Shown here: positions 29,587 to 39,488 of the stretch, in pieces
Layout: every line of letters begins with the position of its first letter
Position numbering within the stretch: the first letter of the stretch is position 1
NCBI GenBank assembly: GCA_963674755.2
Contig: CAXXVS010000001.1
Location: 1,152,001-1,216,000, forward strand
Reading direction: 5' to 3'
DNA: 64,000 nt
From: Desulfobacterales bacterium
GTDB taxonomy: Bacteria > Desulfobacterota > Desulfobacteria > Desulfobacterales > UBA5852
The notes under the pieces: generated by a model
Seen by the model: the letters and a program-made list of their open reading frames with translations, nothing else
Database searches by the model: none
Told to the model about the DNA's origin: nothing
Made by a program: the position numbers and the translations under genes

Positions 29587-29608
29587 GTGGAGGATAGTGG
29601 AGGATAGT
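29587..29608 (+). repeat. tandem GTGGAGGATA x2 (distal MraZ-box-like array, opposite orientation)
   Basis: Exact 10-bp direct repeat at 29587-29606 followed by GT. Confidence 0.6.
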
Positions 29609-29836
29609 TTGGGAACGTCATCCCCTATCGACCTTGGTTCCGGCAGGCTGCAGGGGTCACAAGGCTTGACTTTTTAGGCCCGCCACTTCTAAAGGATCGA
29701 ATACAGGCCCCCCATCGGGCGGCGCCGACTTTCCAGGGCATGAACCAAGATTTTCAAATCCGGCCTGGCTGTGCGCGTGGAAGAGGGCCGACATTTGGGA
29801 ACATCAATCAGAAGCGAGACGGGCAGGCCCTTCATC

Positions 29837-30514
29837 ATGGACAGGCATCCGGTGGATAATTCCATTCCTGATACGGCACCGGCCGTCGTGCGGGCCCGCG
29901 AGACGGCCGTCCGTCTTTTGGACGGGGATCGCGGGAGCCATGATTGGGAGCACACCTTGCGGGTCTATCATCTTTGTCGGGATATCGGTCCGTCGGAAGG
30001 GGCTGACATGGAGGTGCTGCTGGTGGCGGCCCTGCTGCACGATATCGGGCGCCGCCATCAGGACAACAGCCGGGGGAGCGTCTGCCACGCCGAACAGGGG
30101 GCGGCCATGGCCGCCGAACTCGTGGCGGCGTTCCCTCTGACCGACGACCAGAAAGCCAATGTGGTGCATTGTGTGCAGGCCCACCGCTTTCGCAAAGCAC
30201 CCCAGCCGGGTACCATCGAAGCGCGGGTGCTCTTCGATGCCGACAAACTGGATGCCATCGGAGCGGTGGGCATCGCCCGGGCCTACCAATTCGCCGGCGA
30301 GCTGGGGGCCCGCCTGCACAACCCCAACCACGACGTGCGCCACACCCGGGCCTACTCCCGGGAAGACACCGGCTACCGGGAATACCAGGTGAAGCTTCGC
30401 CATATCAGGGACCGCATGCTGACCGCGACAGGTCGCCGGGTGGCAGAGGGGCGGCATCGCTTCATGGTGCAATTCTTCGACCGTTTTTTAGAAGAAATCG
30501 AGGGGCGTCTCTGA
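29837..30514 (+). CDS. HD-domain phosphohydrolase (YedJ-like)
   Basis: SHDWEHTLRV, LLHDIG, DADKLDAIGAVGIAR. Confidence 0.88.
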   Translation: MDRHPVDNSIPDTAPAVVRARETAVRLLDGDRGSHDWEHTLRVYHLCRDIGPSEGADMEVLLVAALLHDIGRRHQDNSRGSVCHAEQGAAMAAELVAAFPLTDDQKANVVHCVQAHRFRKAPQPGTIEARVLFDADKLDAIGAVGIARAYQFAGELGARLHNPNHDVRHTRAYSREDTGYREYQVKLRHIRDRMLTATGRRVAEGRHRFMVQFFDRFLEEIEGRL

Positions 30515-30728
30515 GCGTCGATCCCTGTCAAGACATTTTGCCTCGTCAAACGAAATGTGGTAGGAAGGCCCACGTCGACCGGATTGCTTCGACGCTAATG
30601 GTTGCGGTTCGTCCTCGTATCCCACAGGCACCGAACCGCCGCCGTATTCCCCGCGCTCAATTCCACGGGCCGAAGACCCCTCCGTTTGCGGCCCGCTTCC
30701 AACGACCGGCAACGAAAGTGAAGACGTC

Positions 30729-31412
30729 ATGAGCATCAACACCGTGGAACGCATTGATGACCAGGTCCCTGTCCGCCATGTGCTGATCAGCGTATCCGAC
30801 AAAACCGGGCTGGAAACGTTTATTCCCGCACTGCTCAAGGCCTGTCCCGGGCTGCGCATCTTTTCGACGGGCGGCACTTACGGCAGGATCCAATCCATTT
30901 TGGGCGGCGATGCCGCCGATCACCTGACCCAGGTGTCGGATTACACCGGGCAGCCCGAAACCCAGGGCGGCCTGGTCAAGACCTTGGATTTCAAGATCTA
31001 TCTGGGGCTTCTGACCGAGACCTACAACGAGGCCCACCAAGGTGACCTGAAACGGACCGCGGCCGTGCCCATCGACATGGTGGTGGTCAACCTTTACCCT
31101 TTTCAGCAGACCGTCGCCCAGGCCGGGGTTACGGTGGAGGGCGCCCGGGGACAAATCGACATCGGAGGGCCCTGCATGATCCGCGCCGCCGCCAAGAACT
31201 TCATCCGGGTGGCCTCGGTGGTGGATCCGGGCGATTACGAGCGAATCGCCGGGGAACTGGGCCGCAATGACGGCCGGACATCTCTGGCGTTGCGCTTTGC
31301 CCTGGCCCAAAAGGCATTTGACCACACCGCCGTCTATGACCGCGCCATTGCCGATTACCTGGGAGCGCGCACGGCCCAAGACGCTGCCGGATGCTACCGG
31401 TTTCAGGACTAA
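30729..31412 (+). CDS. purH: IMP cyclohydrolase (N-terminal PurH domain as a separate protein)
   Basis: LISVSDKTG, STGGT, VKTL, VVNLYPF, IDIGGP..IRAAAKN. Confidence 0.88.
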   Translation: MSINTVERIDDQVPVRHVLISVSDKTGLETFIPALLKACPGLRIFSTGGTYGRIQSILGGDAADHLTQVSDYTGQPETQGGLVKTLDFKIYLGLLTETYNEAHQGDLKRTAAVPIDMVVVNLYPFQQTVAQAGVTVEGARGQIDIGGPCMIRAAAKNFIRVASVVDPGDYERIAGELGRNDGRTSLALRFALAQKAFDHTAVYDRAIADYLGARTAQDAAGCYRFQD

Positions 31413-31500
31413 GCCCCCCAACGGCGCCTTGCCATAACAGGCGACGGCGTGACGACAGGCGTGGCTGCCGACCAGCGACGATTGCGAAAGGAGTACGACC

Positions 31501-32754
31501 ATGGCCGAAGATCTCAAAAAAATGTACCGCACCATCGTCAAAGACCACTTCCCGCCGCGTATGGAGATCGCCTTTGTGGATGAGGGCGATCAGCGGCAGA
31601 CGCTTTTTTACGAACGCGTCTCCTGGACCATCGACGGGGAAGCCAAGGGGCTGCGCTACGGTGAAAATCCGGGACAAGAAGCAGCCCTTTACCGCCTGGT
31701 AAACGGGAACCTGGCCCTGGCCGGCACCCGCACCATCCAGCCCGGCCGCTATCTGGCTTCGGACATCGAACTGCTCCAGTCCGGCAAGCACCCGGGCAAA
31801 ACCAACCTGACCGATGCGGACAATGCCCTCAATATCCTGCGTTATTTTGCCGACACCCCCACATCCGTGATCGTTAAGCATAACAACCCCTGCGGGGTGG
31901 CCCAAGCCGACAGCCTGGCGGACGCCTACCACCGGGCCTACATGGCCGACCGGGTGGCGGCTTTCGGCGGGTGCATCGCCCTCAACCGCCCGATGGATAA
32001 GGCCACGGCCGAGGCCGTGGCCGAGCAGTATGCGGAAGTCGTGGTGGCCCCGGAATTCGAGGAGGGTACCCTGGCGATCCTGGGGCGCCGCAAGAATCTG
32101 CGGGTGATCCGTATTCAGGCCATCGAGAGGCTGCAGCGTTTTGTGGGCGAACGGGTGGTGGATTTCAAGAGCCTGATCGACGGCGGCGTCATTGCCCAGT
32201 GGTCTTTTGCCCCGATCACCCTAAAGTCTTCCGACCTCAAGCTGGCCGCTAGCGAATACCAGGGCAAGACGTACAAAATTGACCGCGCGCCCACCCCGGC
32301 CGAGCTGGACGATCTGCTTTTCGGCTGGCTGGTGGAGTCCGGACTGACCTCCAACTCGGTAATCTACGTGAAGGAGCGCTGCACCGTAGGCATCGGCACC
32401 GGCGAACAGGACCGCGTGGGCGTGGCCGAGATCGCCCGGGACAAGGCTTATCGCAAGCTGGCCGACCGTTACTGCTTCGAAGAACTGGGCATCGCCTATA
32501 ACGAACTGGAGGACCAGGAGAAGAAAAAGGCCATCGATGCCCGGGTGCGGGAAGAGAAGGGCGGCCTGCCGGGCTCTTCGATGGTGAGCGATGCCTTCTT
32601 CCCCTTCCGGGACGGTGTCATGGTGGGCATCCGGGAGGGGGTCAAAGCCGTGGTCCAGCCCGGTGGAGCTATGAACGACTGGAACGTGATCGAGGCCTGC
32701 AATGAAGCGGGGGTGACGATGGTGTTTACCGGTCAACGGAGTTTCAAGCACTGA
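31501..32754 (+). CDS. purH: AICAR transformylase (C-terminal PurH domain as a separate protein)
   Basis: LRYGENP, KHNNPCG, SDAFFPF, QPGG, RSFKH; own RBS AAGGAG. Confidence 0.9.
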   Translation: MAEDLKKMYRTIVKDHFPPRMEIAFVDEGDQRQTLFYERVSWTIDGEAKGLRYGENPGQEAALYRLVNGNLALAGTRTIQPGRYLASDIELLQSGKHPGKTNLTDADNALNILRYFADTPTSVIVKHNNPCGVAQADSLADAYHRAYMADRVAAFGGCIALNRPMDKATAEAVAEQYAEVVVAPEFEEGTLAILGRRKNLRVIRIQAIERLQRFVGERVVDFKSLIDGGVIAQWSFAPITLKSSDLKLAASEYQGKTYKIDRAPTPAELDDLLFGWLVESGLTSNSVIYVKERCTVGIGTGEQDRVGVAEIARDKAYRKLADRYCFEELGIAYNELEDQEKKKAIDARVREEKGGLPGSSMVSDAFFPFRDGVMVGIREGVKAVVQPGGAMNDWNVIEACNEAGVTMVFTGQRSFKH

Positions 32755-32912
32755 ATCGGTACCGTCCCTAAGCGGCATCTTTTGGTCCCGGGCGGCGTTC
32801 TCGCGATTTGCCGCTCTTCGACGGAGGTGATCCACGCCTGCGATCGCCAAATCGTTGCGGGGCCTTGCCCGGAACCATAACCTGTCACGTGATCTATTTC
32901 CGCCACTCTGAA

Positions 32913-33473
32913 ATGCCGCGCAAACGAACTTCATCTTCCCCTTACGAGCCGCTCTTTTATCTGATCGCGGTCATGTGGCTGGTGGAAATCGTTAACTTCC
33001 TTCTGGGCCACCGGCTGTGTCGCTACGGCATCCTGCCTCGAACGGTGCCCGGCCTCGCGGGCATTCCCCTGAGTCCCTTTCTGCATGCCGGGGTAGCCCA
33101 CCTGCTGCTCAATACCGGACCGCTGATCGTGTTAGGGGGCCTGGTCTTGATGAGGGGGCGCCAGGCCTTTGCCCGATGCACGGTGTTCGTCACCCTGGTC
33201 GGCGGCGCGCTGCTCTGGATAGTCGGCCGCCCCTCCTTTCATGTGGGGGCCAGCCTGCTGATCTTCGGCTATTTCGGCTATCTCCTGGCCAGGGGCGTTT
33301 TCGATCGGCGTCTGCCGTCGCTTTTGATTGCCATACTGGTTGTACTGGCCTATGGAGGGCTTTTCTGGGGGATGTGGCCGACGGCGGCCGCCATCTCCTG
33401 GGAAGGCCACCTCAGCGGGTTTCTGGCGGGGATTTGGGCCGCCCGGTTTCCACGACGAAACCGGATCCCATAA
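32913..33473 (+). CDS. rhomboid family intramembrane serine protease
   Basis: FLH...HL..N, HVGAS (catalytic Ser), SWEGHLSG (catalytic His). Confidence 0.88.
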   Translation: MPRKRTSSSPYEPLFYLIAVMWLVEIVNFLLGHRLCRYGILPRTVPGLAGIPLSPFLHAGVAHLLLNTGPLIVLGGLVLMRGRQAFARCTVFVTLVGGALLWIVGRPSFHVGASLLIFGYFGYLLARGVFDRRLPSLLIAILVVLAYGGLFWGMWPTAAAISWEGHLSGFLAGIWAARFPRRNRIP

Positions 33474-33497
33474 AACAAAACACGACCACAAGGCGGG

Positions 33498-34601
33498 TCA
33501 GAAGCGTGGTTCATCTGATTTGTTGGCGTTGTGCTTCACGGGGGTAGCCGTCGGCGCGCACGACAGAACCCGGTCCGCTTCCCGGCGGGATAGTCCGATA
33601 TCTTCTTCCAGCATTTTGCGGATGACGCCCACATCCAGGATCGTTTTCTGAAATTCGATCTCCTGGCGCAGCGCCTCCTCCCGATCCATGTCGCCGCTGT
33701 TGATCATCTTGCAGTAACCGAAGGTTTCTTTGCCGCAGGTGAATATCTGGTAGAAAAAATAGTTCAGGAGGGGGGTCAGGTAACAGTCCGTGCGCCAGGT
33801 TGAAACACTGCCGGCCGGCTTCTCCCATCCGGTTTCTTCCTGGATCGTTTTTTTGATCAGATGGCGATCCCAGGGAATGTAGTAGAAGACATGGACCTCC
33901 TTGATCTGCTTGTCCTTCAACTTGGGGCGCCGCACGAACCACGGATTGCCGGGCACCTTGAACTCGCGCCGCTGTTTGAGAAACGCCCACTCATAGCGGT
34001 AGTAATCGAGATTGAAATGTTTGCGAAACGTATCTTTGCCCAATTTGAGCGTTTCCCGGGCCTGCCGTTCCATGGGGGTGGTCTGCTCCTGCTGGGAGTC
34101 GCCCCAGAAAATCAGCGGGGCTCTGTGCTCGATGGCGGCCCGGTAGACCGCGCTGTGCATGCCGTAGGCGCAGGCCGTGCAGATGCTGTATTTGCGCCTT
34201 AGATTGGAAGACTTGAGGCCGTAGCGGACAATCTCCCGTGCCAGATTGGTTCGGGAGCGGACCGAAACAAAATCCGCCTCCAGGCGCTGGCAGGCGTTCT
34301 GCATATTTTTCAGGGCTTGCGGATTCTGGAATTCGTTGTTGTAGTTCACCGCCAGGACCTTCAGGTCATACACCTTGCGCGCCAGGTACAGGACATAGGC
34401 GCTGTCCCGCCCGCCGCTGAGGGGCACGATGCAGTCGTAGGGATGGCCCTTGCCCCTCGCCGCGGCCACGATGGCATCAAGTTTCTCCTTGCCGAGATAA
34501 CGTTCCTTTTTAAATTCCCGGCAGTAGCTGCAAAGGCCGTTGTCGTCAAACATGATACCGGGGACGGTATCGGTCATGATACACTGGGTACATCGTTGCA
34601 T
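33498..34601 (-). CDS. PP-loop N-acetyl sugar amidotransferase-like protein (WbuX/PseA-like)
   Basis: CTQC...CSYC N-terminus, YDCIVPLSGGRDS PP-loop, CTAC, late DC motif. Confidence 0.75.
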   Translation of the reverse strand: MQRCTQCIMTDTVPGIMFDDNGLCSYCREFKKERYLGKEKLDAIVAAARGKGHPYDCIVPLSGGRDSAYVLYLARKVYDLKVLAVNYNNEFQNPQALKNMQNACQRLEADFVSVRSRTNLAREIVRYGLKSSNLRRKYSICTACAYGMHSAVYRAAIEHRAPLIFWGDSQQEQTTPMERQARETLKLGKDTFRKHFNLDYYRYEWAFLKQRREFKVPGNPWFVRRPKLKDKQIKEVHVFYYIPWDRHLIKKTIQEETGWEKPAGSVSTWRTDCYLTPLLNYFFYQIFTCGKETFGYCKMINSGDMDREEALRQEIEFQKTILDVGVIRKMLEEDIGLSRREADRVLSCAPTATPVKHNANKSDEPRF

Positions 34602-34614
34602 TCGGGTCTACTCC

Positions 34615-35394
34615 TTAACGCTCTTCCCATTGGGGATTGCGCCGTTCGAAAAAGGCCCGCACACCCTCGTGGGCATCGTGGGTGGTGCACAGACGGGCAA
34701 AGGCTTCGTTCATGAGTTCGAACTGCTTGCGGTAGTCCATGTCTTCCGAGGCATAGAAGGCGGTCTTGGCAATCTGGAGAGCAAGCGGGCTTTTCTGGGC
34801 CAGTGTTGCGGCCCATGCCTGGGCCTCCTGTTCCAGATCCTCCTTGGGCACCACCCGGTTGATCAGTCCCATGGCCTGGGCCTCCGGGGCTTTGATGAGA
34901 TCGCCGCCCAAGAGCAGTTCCAGGGCTTTTTTACGGCCCACGATGCGGGCCACCGGTATCACCGGACCGACGCAGTTCAGACCTACGTTGATGGCCGTCA
35001 ACCCCATCTTGGCATTGTTGGCGGCGATGGCCAGATCGGCGGCGGCCACCAACCCCATCCCATTCGCGGCAGCCACGCCCTGCAGTTGGGCGATCACGGG
35101 CTTCTTCATTTGTGAAATGGTCACCAGCGGGCGTTCCATGTGTTCGATCCAGGCCCGGTATTCCATGGCGGTTTGGCCTTCCAGTTCGTTCACGTCGATG
35201 CCGGCGCAGAAGGCCTTGCCGGCCCCTTTGAGAAGCACCACGCGCACTTGCGGGTCGCTGTCCAAGGCGAGCAAGGCCTGGTAGAGTTCTTCCGCCAACG
35301 GGGTGGTGAACGTATTGAGTTGCTCCGGTCGATTCAAGGTAATGTGACCGACAAATCGATCGTCGATTTCGGTCAGAATGTGCTCGTAAGACAT
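34615..35394 (-). CDS. enoyl-CoA hydratase/isomerase family protein
   Basis: ITLNRPE, AFCAGID, KPVIA, EGVRAFFERR. Confidence 0.92.
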   Translation of the reverse strand: MSYEHILTEIDDRFVGHITLNRPEQLNTFTTPLAEELYQALLALDSDPQVRVVLLKGAGKAFCAGIDVNELEGQTAMEYRAWIEHMERPLVTISQMKKPVIAQLQGVAAANGMGLVAAADLAIAANNAKMGLTAINVGLNCVGPVIPVARIVGRKKALELLLGGDLIKAPEAQAMGLINRVVPKEDLEQEAQAWAATLAQKSPLALQIAKTAFYASEDMDYRKQFELMNEAFARLCTTHDAHEGVRAFFERRNPQWEER

Positions 35395-35520
35395 GACCTT
35401 CCCTCCTGAAAATGGTGACGGGTGGATTTTGGCTTGCCTTTCGTCTCATATCCGCACGATCAAAACGCGTGATTGCTTTTCCCGTATCACTAAATGGATG
35501 GGGAATACAACCGAGGCTTG

Positions 35521-35550
35521 TTGACAGCCCTTTGAACAAAGCAGTACAAA
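35521..35550 (+). promoter_or_regulatory. putative sigma70 promoter
   Basis: TTGACA-N18-TACAAA upstream of the ORF at 35633. Confidence 0.35.
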
Positions 35551-35632
35551 ATAAGGACCATCACGCCGGATGCAAATGGGCCGCCTGACCGGAAGCTCTT
35601 AATCTTATGACACCTGGAAAAACGGAGAAACG

Positions 35633-37039
35633 ATGATGATTTTTCTGAGGACCGGTGTAATTCTTCTGTTTGCCTTGATACTGGCGGCGCTGCCGGTAGC
35701 TCTCTATGCCGATGGCATGCCGACTCTGAGCCATGATCATCGGGAGACCAATGATGGCCAGGAGAACGATAATCCGCCACCGACGAACCCCAAAGAGATG
35801 ACGGTAGCGCCGGCTCTGAAAGGGAAACAGGTCAAGCCCGCCGTTCCGGCCAACGTCAACAAGGTCGGGCGGATGGTGCCGGCTGTCGCGGTCAACCTTG
35901 CTATCGATTTGACGACCCATAAGACCAATGGCGTCTGGCGCTGGAATGCGATGTTGCAGAACTTAGGTCCGCAACCGCTGCCGATCAATCGCTTACAGCT
36001 AAAGGTCGTTCAGGTTGTGTCGTTGCCTAATCAAACCGTGCCGGCCGGTTCCGTCTACATGCTGCCGCCCCTCAGCCCGCAGCAGAAAAGGGGCTTTTCC
36101 AGCGCCTGGAATCGCAATCCGAACGCCCGCCAGCTCAGGCTGGAGGTCTGGGACCAGCGCGCCAACGCCAGGGTTTACGAGCAGAGCATGGCGTTGACGA
36201 CAACGGCCGGTCAAATGGCCGCCCCCCTTTCGCCGGGGCTGCAGAAGGCGGTAACAATACCGGGTATAAGGGAGCCCAGTCGCATTGCGATCACAAGCGG
36301 CTTTTATCTCGGGCGTGGCGCATGGCGGTTGGAACTTGCCAACCCCGGTATTCAGACCGTCCCCGTCGGCGATTATACCTACTCTTGGGCCTACAAGTTT
36401 TCCACGGGCAACGATCGTCCATGCAATCACTCCAAGGACATCACTTTCGCCGTCCCTGGGAACCAGAATCGGATACTTCTGGAGGTCGGCGATCTCTATG
36501 GAGCGGCTGAGTGTGACTGCGCCGGGTTGGATGGCGTCGAGGTGACGTTGCAGGAGAAGGCCACCGGCCGGGAAGAGGTGTATAACATCAATGTGGCCAT
36601 CCCGAACGTTGCAATTGAAGAATTCTACATCCGGATCGGGCAGAGCCCCAATCAATTCAATCAGGCAAAGGTTCTGACCACGCTGGTCAACCAATCCTAT
36701 TACAATCTCATGCTGGCCTATACCCTGGAAGTGACGATGAAGAAGAGAACGGAACAGGGTATCATTAGGGAGAGCCTTACCCGAACCGGCACCATCATGC
36801 TCCCGGCCCGGCAAAGCAACGAAGACGCCATTCTTGTGAATGATCTTCGAGCGGAGCTGCCGCATCTGGAAATAGGCGATGAAATCGCTTATGATTCTCA
36901 AAGCGATTTCAGTGACGACGATTTGTTGCTGAATCGTCCTTATTTTCTCGGTGCATTGACCATCGCCATGCCGGCCAGTGCCAAATGCGGACCGGGGAGG
37001 CCGTTGGCGTTTCAACAGAAAGCGCTTTGTATCTGGTAG
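35633..37039 (+). CDS. hypothetical exported protein
   Basis: 468-aa ORF with RBS GGAG, Sec-type signal (..ALYA/DG), Pro-rich linker, beta-rich segments. Confidence 0.75.
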   Translation: MMIFLRTGVILLFALILAALPVALYADGMPTLSHDHRETNDGQENDNPPPTNPKEMTVAPALKGKQVKPAVPANVNKVGRMVPAVAVNLAIDLTTHKTNGVWRWNAMLQNLGPQPLPINRLQLKVVQVVSLPNQTVPAGSVYMLPPLSPQQKRGFSSAWNRNPNARQLRLEVWDQRANARVYEQSMALTTTAGQMAAPLSPGLQKAVTIPGIREPSRIAITSGFYLGRGAWRLELANPGIQTVPVGDYTYSWAYKFSTGNDRPCNHSKDITFAVPGNQNRILLEVGDLYGAAECDCAGLDGVEVTLQEKATGREEVYNINVAIPNVAIEEFYIRIGQSPNQFNQAKVLTTLVNQSYYNLMLAYTLEVTMKKRTEQGIIRESLTRTGTIMLPARQSNEDAILVNDLRAELPHLEIGDEIAYDSQSDFSDDDLLLNRPYFLGALTIAMPASAKCGPGRPLAFQQKALCIW

Positions 37040-37111
37040 GGGGTTGTTTTTCGATAGGTAACAACTTCATTTTTTTTCTGGAAAATCAGCCTTTGCGAAC
37101 GGAGGAATACC

Positions 37112-37618
37112 GTGAAAGAAAACACGCGCGCGAATGTCTACAAAGCCTTCATCGGTGAGGCCAAAGCCTATTTCAGGCTGCTGGCCTATGCCGAAAGGGC
37201 GGACGAGGAAGACGTACCCCAGGTGGCCTTGTTGTTTCGGGCCATCGCCGAAGCGGAACGGGTGCATGCCACGCGCCAGCTGAACCTCGTGAAGGATCTG
37301 CTTGTCAAAGACACCGACACCAATCTGGAGAAGTCTTTTCAGCGCGAGAAGTCCGTCAGCGAGAATGAATATCCCGCTTTTATCAAAACCGCCGAGGAAG
37401 AGGGCGAGACTGCGGCGGCTCTGGCCTTCAGTCATGCCCGGGATGCCGAAGGCTACCATGCCAAGCTCTATGAACGGGCAATTTTAAACGTGATCAAGGA
37501 CAAGGTGGGCGCCTATCACATTTGCCAGGTATGCGGCTATGTGACGGACAAGAAAATCCCCAAGGTCTGCCCGGTTTGCGGTGCACCGCCAGAGAAATTC
37601 AAGACCGTCGAGGCCTGA
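37112..37618 (+). CDS. rubrerythrin family protein
   Basis: GEAKA, EAERVH, AEGYH di-iron motifs; C-terminal CQVC...CPVC; GGAGG RBS. Confidence 0.92.
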   Translation: MKENTRANVYKAFIGEAKAYFRLLAYAERADEEDVPQVALLFRAIAEAERVHATRQLNLVKDLLVKDTDTNLEKSFQREKSVSENEYPAFIKTAEEEGETAAALAFSHARDAEGYHAKLYERAILNVIKDKVGAYHICQVCGYVTDKKIPKVCPVCGAPPEKFKTVEA

Positions 37619-37697
37619 GGCCTACCCGTGTCCAACCATCGATGACATCTTCCGTCCCCGGCCGGAACTTCAATTGACCACCTCCGGACGGATACGG

Positions 37698-38732
37698 TTA
37701 ATCCAGTACCCGGGCCAGGGCGGTCAGGGCGCGTTCGATATCGGCTTCCGTAATGCCGTAATGGGTAACGGCCCGGAACTGCCGGGGTCCGGTGGCCCCC
37801 ACGCGAATGCCTTCTTCTGCCAGACGCGCAACGGTTTCCGCGGCGGAGGGCCCGGCCGGATCCAGATCGACATAGACGATATTGGTCCGGACCCGCTCCG
37901 GATCCACCTGCGCCAGACCCATGGCGCTCACGCCTTCGGCCAAACGTCGGGCGTTGCGATGATCTTCCGCCAGGCGACCAATCATCTCCTGTAGCGCGAC
38001 GATGCCGGCCGCCGCGATGACCCCTGCCTGGCGCATACCGCCCCCCAGCAGTTTGCGGTTGCGGCGGGCCGCACGGATAAACGCCCCCCGGCCGCAGATC
38101 AGGGAACCCACCGGGGCGGACAATCCCTTGCTCAAGCAGAAGGAAAGGGAATCCACGGGCGCGGCGAGGGCTGTCGGCGGCACGTCCAGCGCCACGGCCG
38201 CATTGAAGATGCGGGCGCCGTCCATGTGGACCCCCAGACCGTGTTCGGTCGCCACATCGGCCACAGCTTGCAGGTAGTCCGGTGGCAAGGGACTGCCGCT
38301 GCAGCGATTGTGGGTGTTTTCGACGGCGATCAGGCGGGTGCGGGGAAAATGGGGATCATCCCCCCGGATGGCCGCTTTTACGGCATCAAGATCAAAGCTT
38401 CCGTCCGGCCGATTGGCAACCGTGCGGGGATGGATGCCGCCCACGGCGGCACTGCCCCCCTGCTCGTAGAAGAAGATGTGGGCCTGGTCCCCCAATATGA
38501 CCTCATCGCCGCGGCCGCAATGGGTCAGCAGGCTGATCAGGTTGGCCATCGTCCCGCTGGGCACGAGCAGGGCCGCCTCCTTGCCGGTTGTTTCCGCGGC
38601 CAGGGACTCCAGGCGGCGGACGGTGGGGTCCTCCCCATAGACATCGTCGCCCAGTTCGGCGCTTGCCATGGCCCGCCGCATGGCGTCGGTGGGCAGGGTG
38701 ACCGTATCCGATCGTAAATCGATAGCGTTCAT
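37698..38732 (-). CDS. ltaE: low-specificity L-threonine aldolase
   Basis: DLRSDTVT, GDDVYGEDPT, HMDGARIFNA, CLSKGL (PLP Lys), GGGMRQAG. Confidence 0.95.
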   Translation of the reverse strand: MNAIDLRSDTVTLPTDAMRRAMASAELGDDVYGEDPTVRRLESLAAETTGKEAALLVPSGTMANLISLLTHCGRGDEVILGDQAHIFFYEQGGSAAVGGIHPRTVANRPDGSFDLDAVKAAIRGDDPHFPRTRLIAVENTHNRCSGSPLPPDYLQAVADVATEHGLGVHMDGARIFNAAVALDVPPTALAAPVDSLSFCLSKGLSAPVGSLICGRGAFIRAARRNRKLLGGGMRQAGVIAAAGIVALQEMIGRLAEDHRNARRLAEGVSAMGLAQVDPERVRTNIVYVDLDPAGPSAAETVARLAEEGIRVGATGPRQFRAVTHYGITEADIERALTALARVLD

Positions 38733-39060
38733 TTTGATACCTTTCTGTAGCGGCTAGCGAAGCCGCCCCTTCGTTCGGCGACGCTTGGCATAAACATCGC
38801 GTTCCCTTTGGCCAACGGCGCGGCGGCGTGGGGAATTCTTAACGTTTTGGGGAGAAGCAAACCGGCCTCTGCAGGGTGCGAAAGGTCCCGGCCCGATGCG
38901 CCACCCAAAATCGCCGGTGGGTTATGGTTATCCGATTTCCGGAAGGCGATCAAGGCGGTAGCCGACAATTAGCCCTTGCAAATCAACCCGTTTTTCAACA
39001 AGATAGCTTTCTATATTAAAGACCGGGCGCTTTGCCGGTAAAACTGACGAGGAAACGGGC

Positions 39061-39471
39061 ATGCCGTCGACCTTTCATGTGGTGCCGATCGGGACGATCC
39101 ACAAAACCGATGCGAAAACCTGGATTGACATCGAGTCCGCCTACCTGCCGGCCATGGACGGGTTGGAAGGTTTTTCCCATATCAATGTTTTTTTCTGGTT
39201 CCATGAGAATGATCATCCGGACGGGCGCCGGGTTCTCAAGGTGCATCCGCGCAAAGATAACGCCAACCCATTGACGGGTGTTTTCGCCACCCATTCCCCC
39301 CTGCGTCCCAACCTGATCGGCATGACCCTGTGCCGGATCCTGGCGGTCGCGCCGCCCACGATCATTATCGATACGATCGATGCCATCGACGGCACGCCTG
39401 TGCTGGATATCAAATGCTATATCCCCAGTTCCCGCACCTTTGAAAATCTTCGCCTGCCCGATTGGGTCTGA
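39061..39471 (+). CDS. TrmO/TsaA-like SAM-binding protein, short single-domain form
   Basis: GLEGFSHI, GVFATHSPLRPNLIG, DGTPVLDIK. Confidence 0.88.
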   Translation: MPSTFHVVPIGTIHKTDAKTWIDIESAYLPAMDGLEGFSHINVFFWFHENDHPDGRRVLKVHPRKDNANPLTGVFATHSPLRPNLIGMTLCRILAVAPPTIIIDTIDAIDGTPVLDIKCYIPSSRTFENLRLPDWV

Positions 39472-39488
39472 ACTACGCCGGCGCCAAG

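Noticed and set aside
30515..30728. ZTP riboswitch upstream of purH
   Set aside because: Conserved GACUGGCG and CGCCUGGG elements not found
35551..35632. c-di-GMP-I riboswitch (GATGCAAA resemblance)
   Set aside because: No GNRA-capped P2 or tetraloop receptor
38786..38800. TGGCAT-AAACA-TCGC sigma54-like motif on the + strand
   Set aside because: Spacing is correct, but it lies about 260 nt from the next + gene with no supporting UAS; not enough to call
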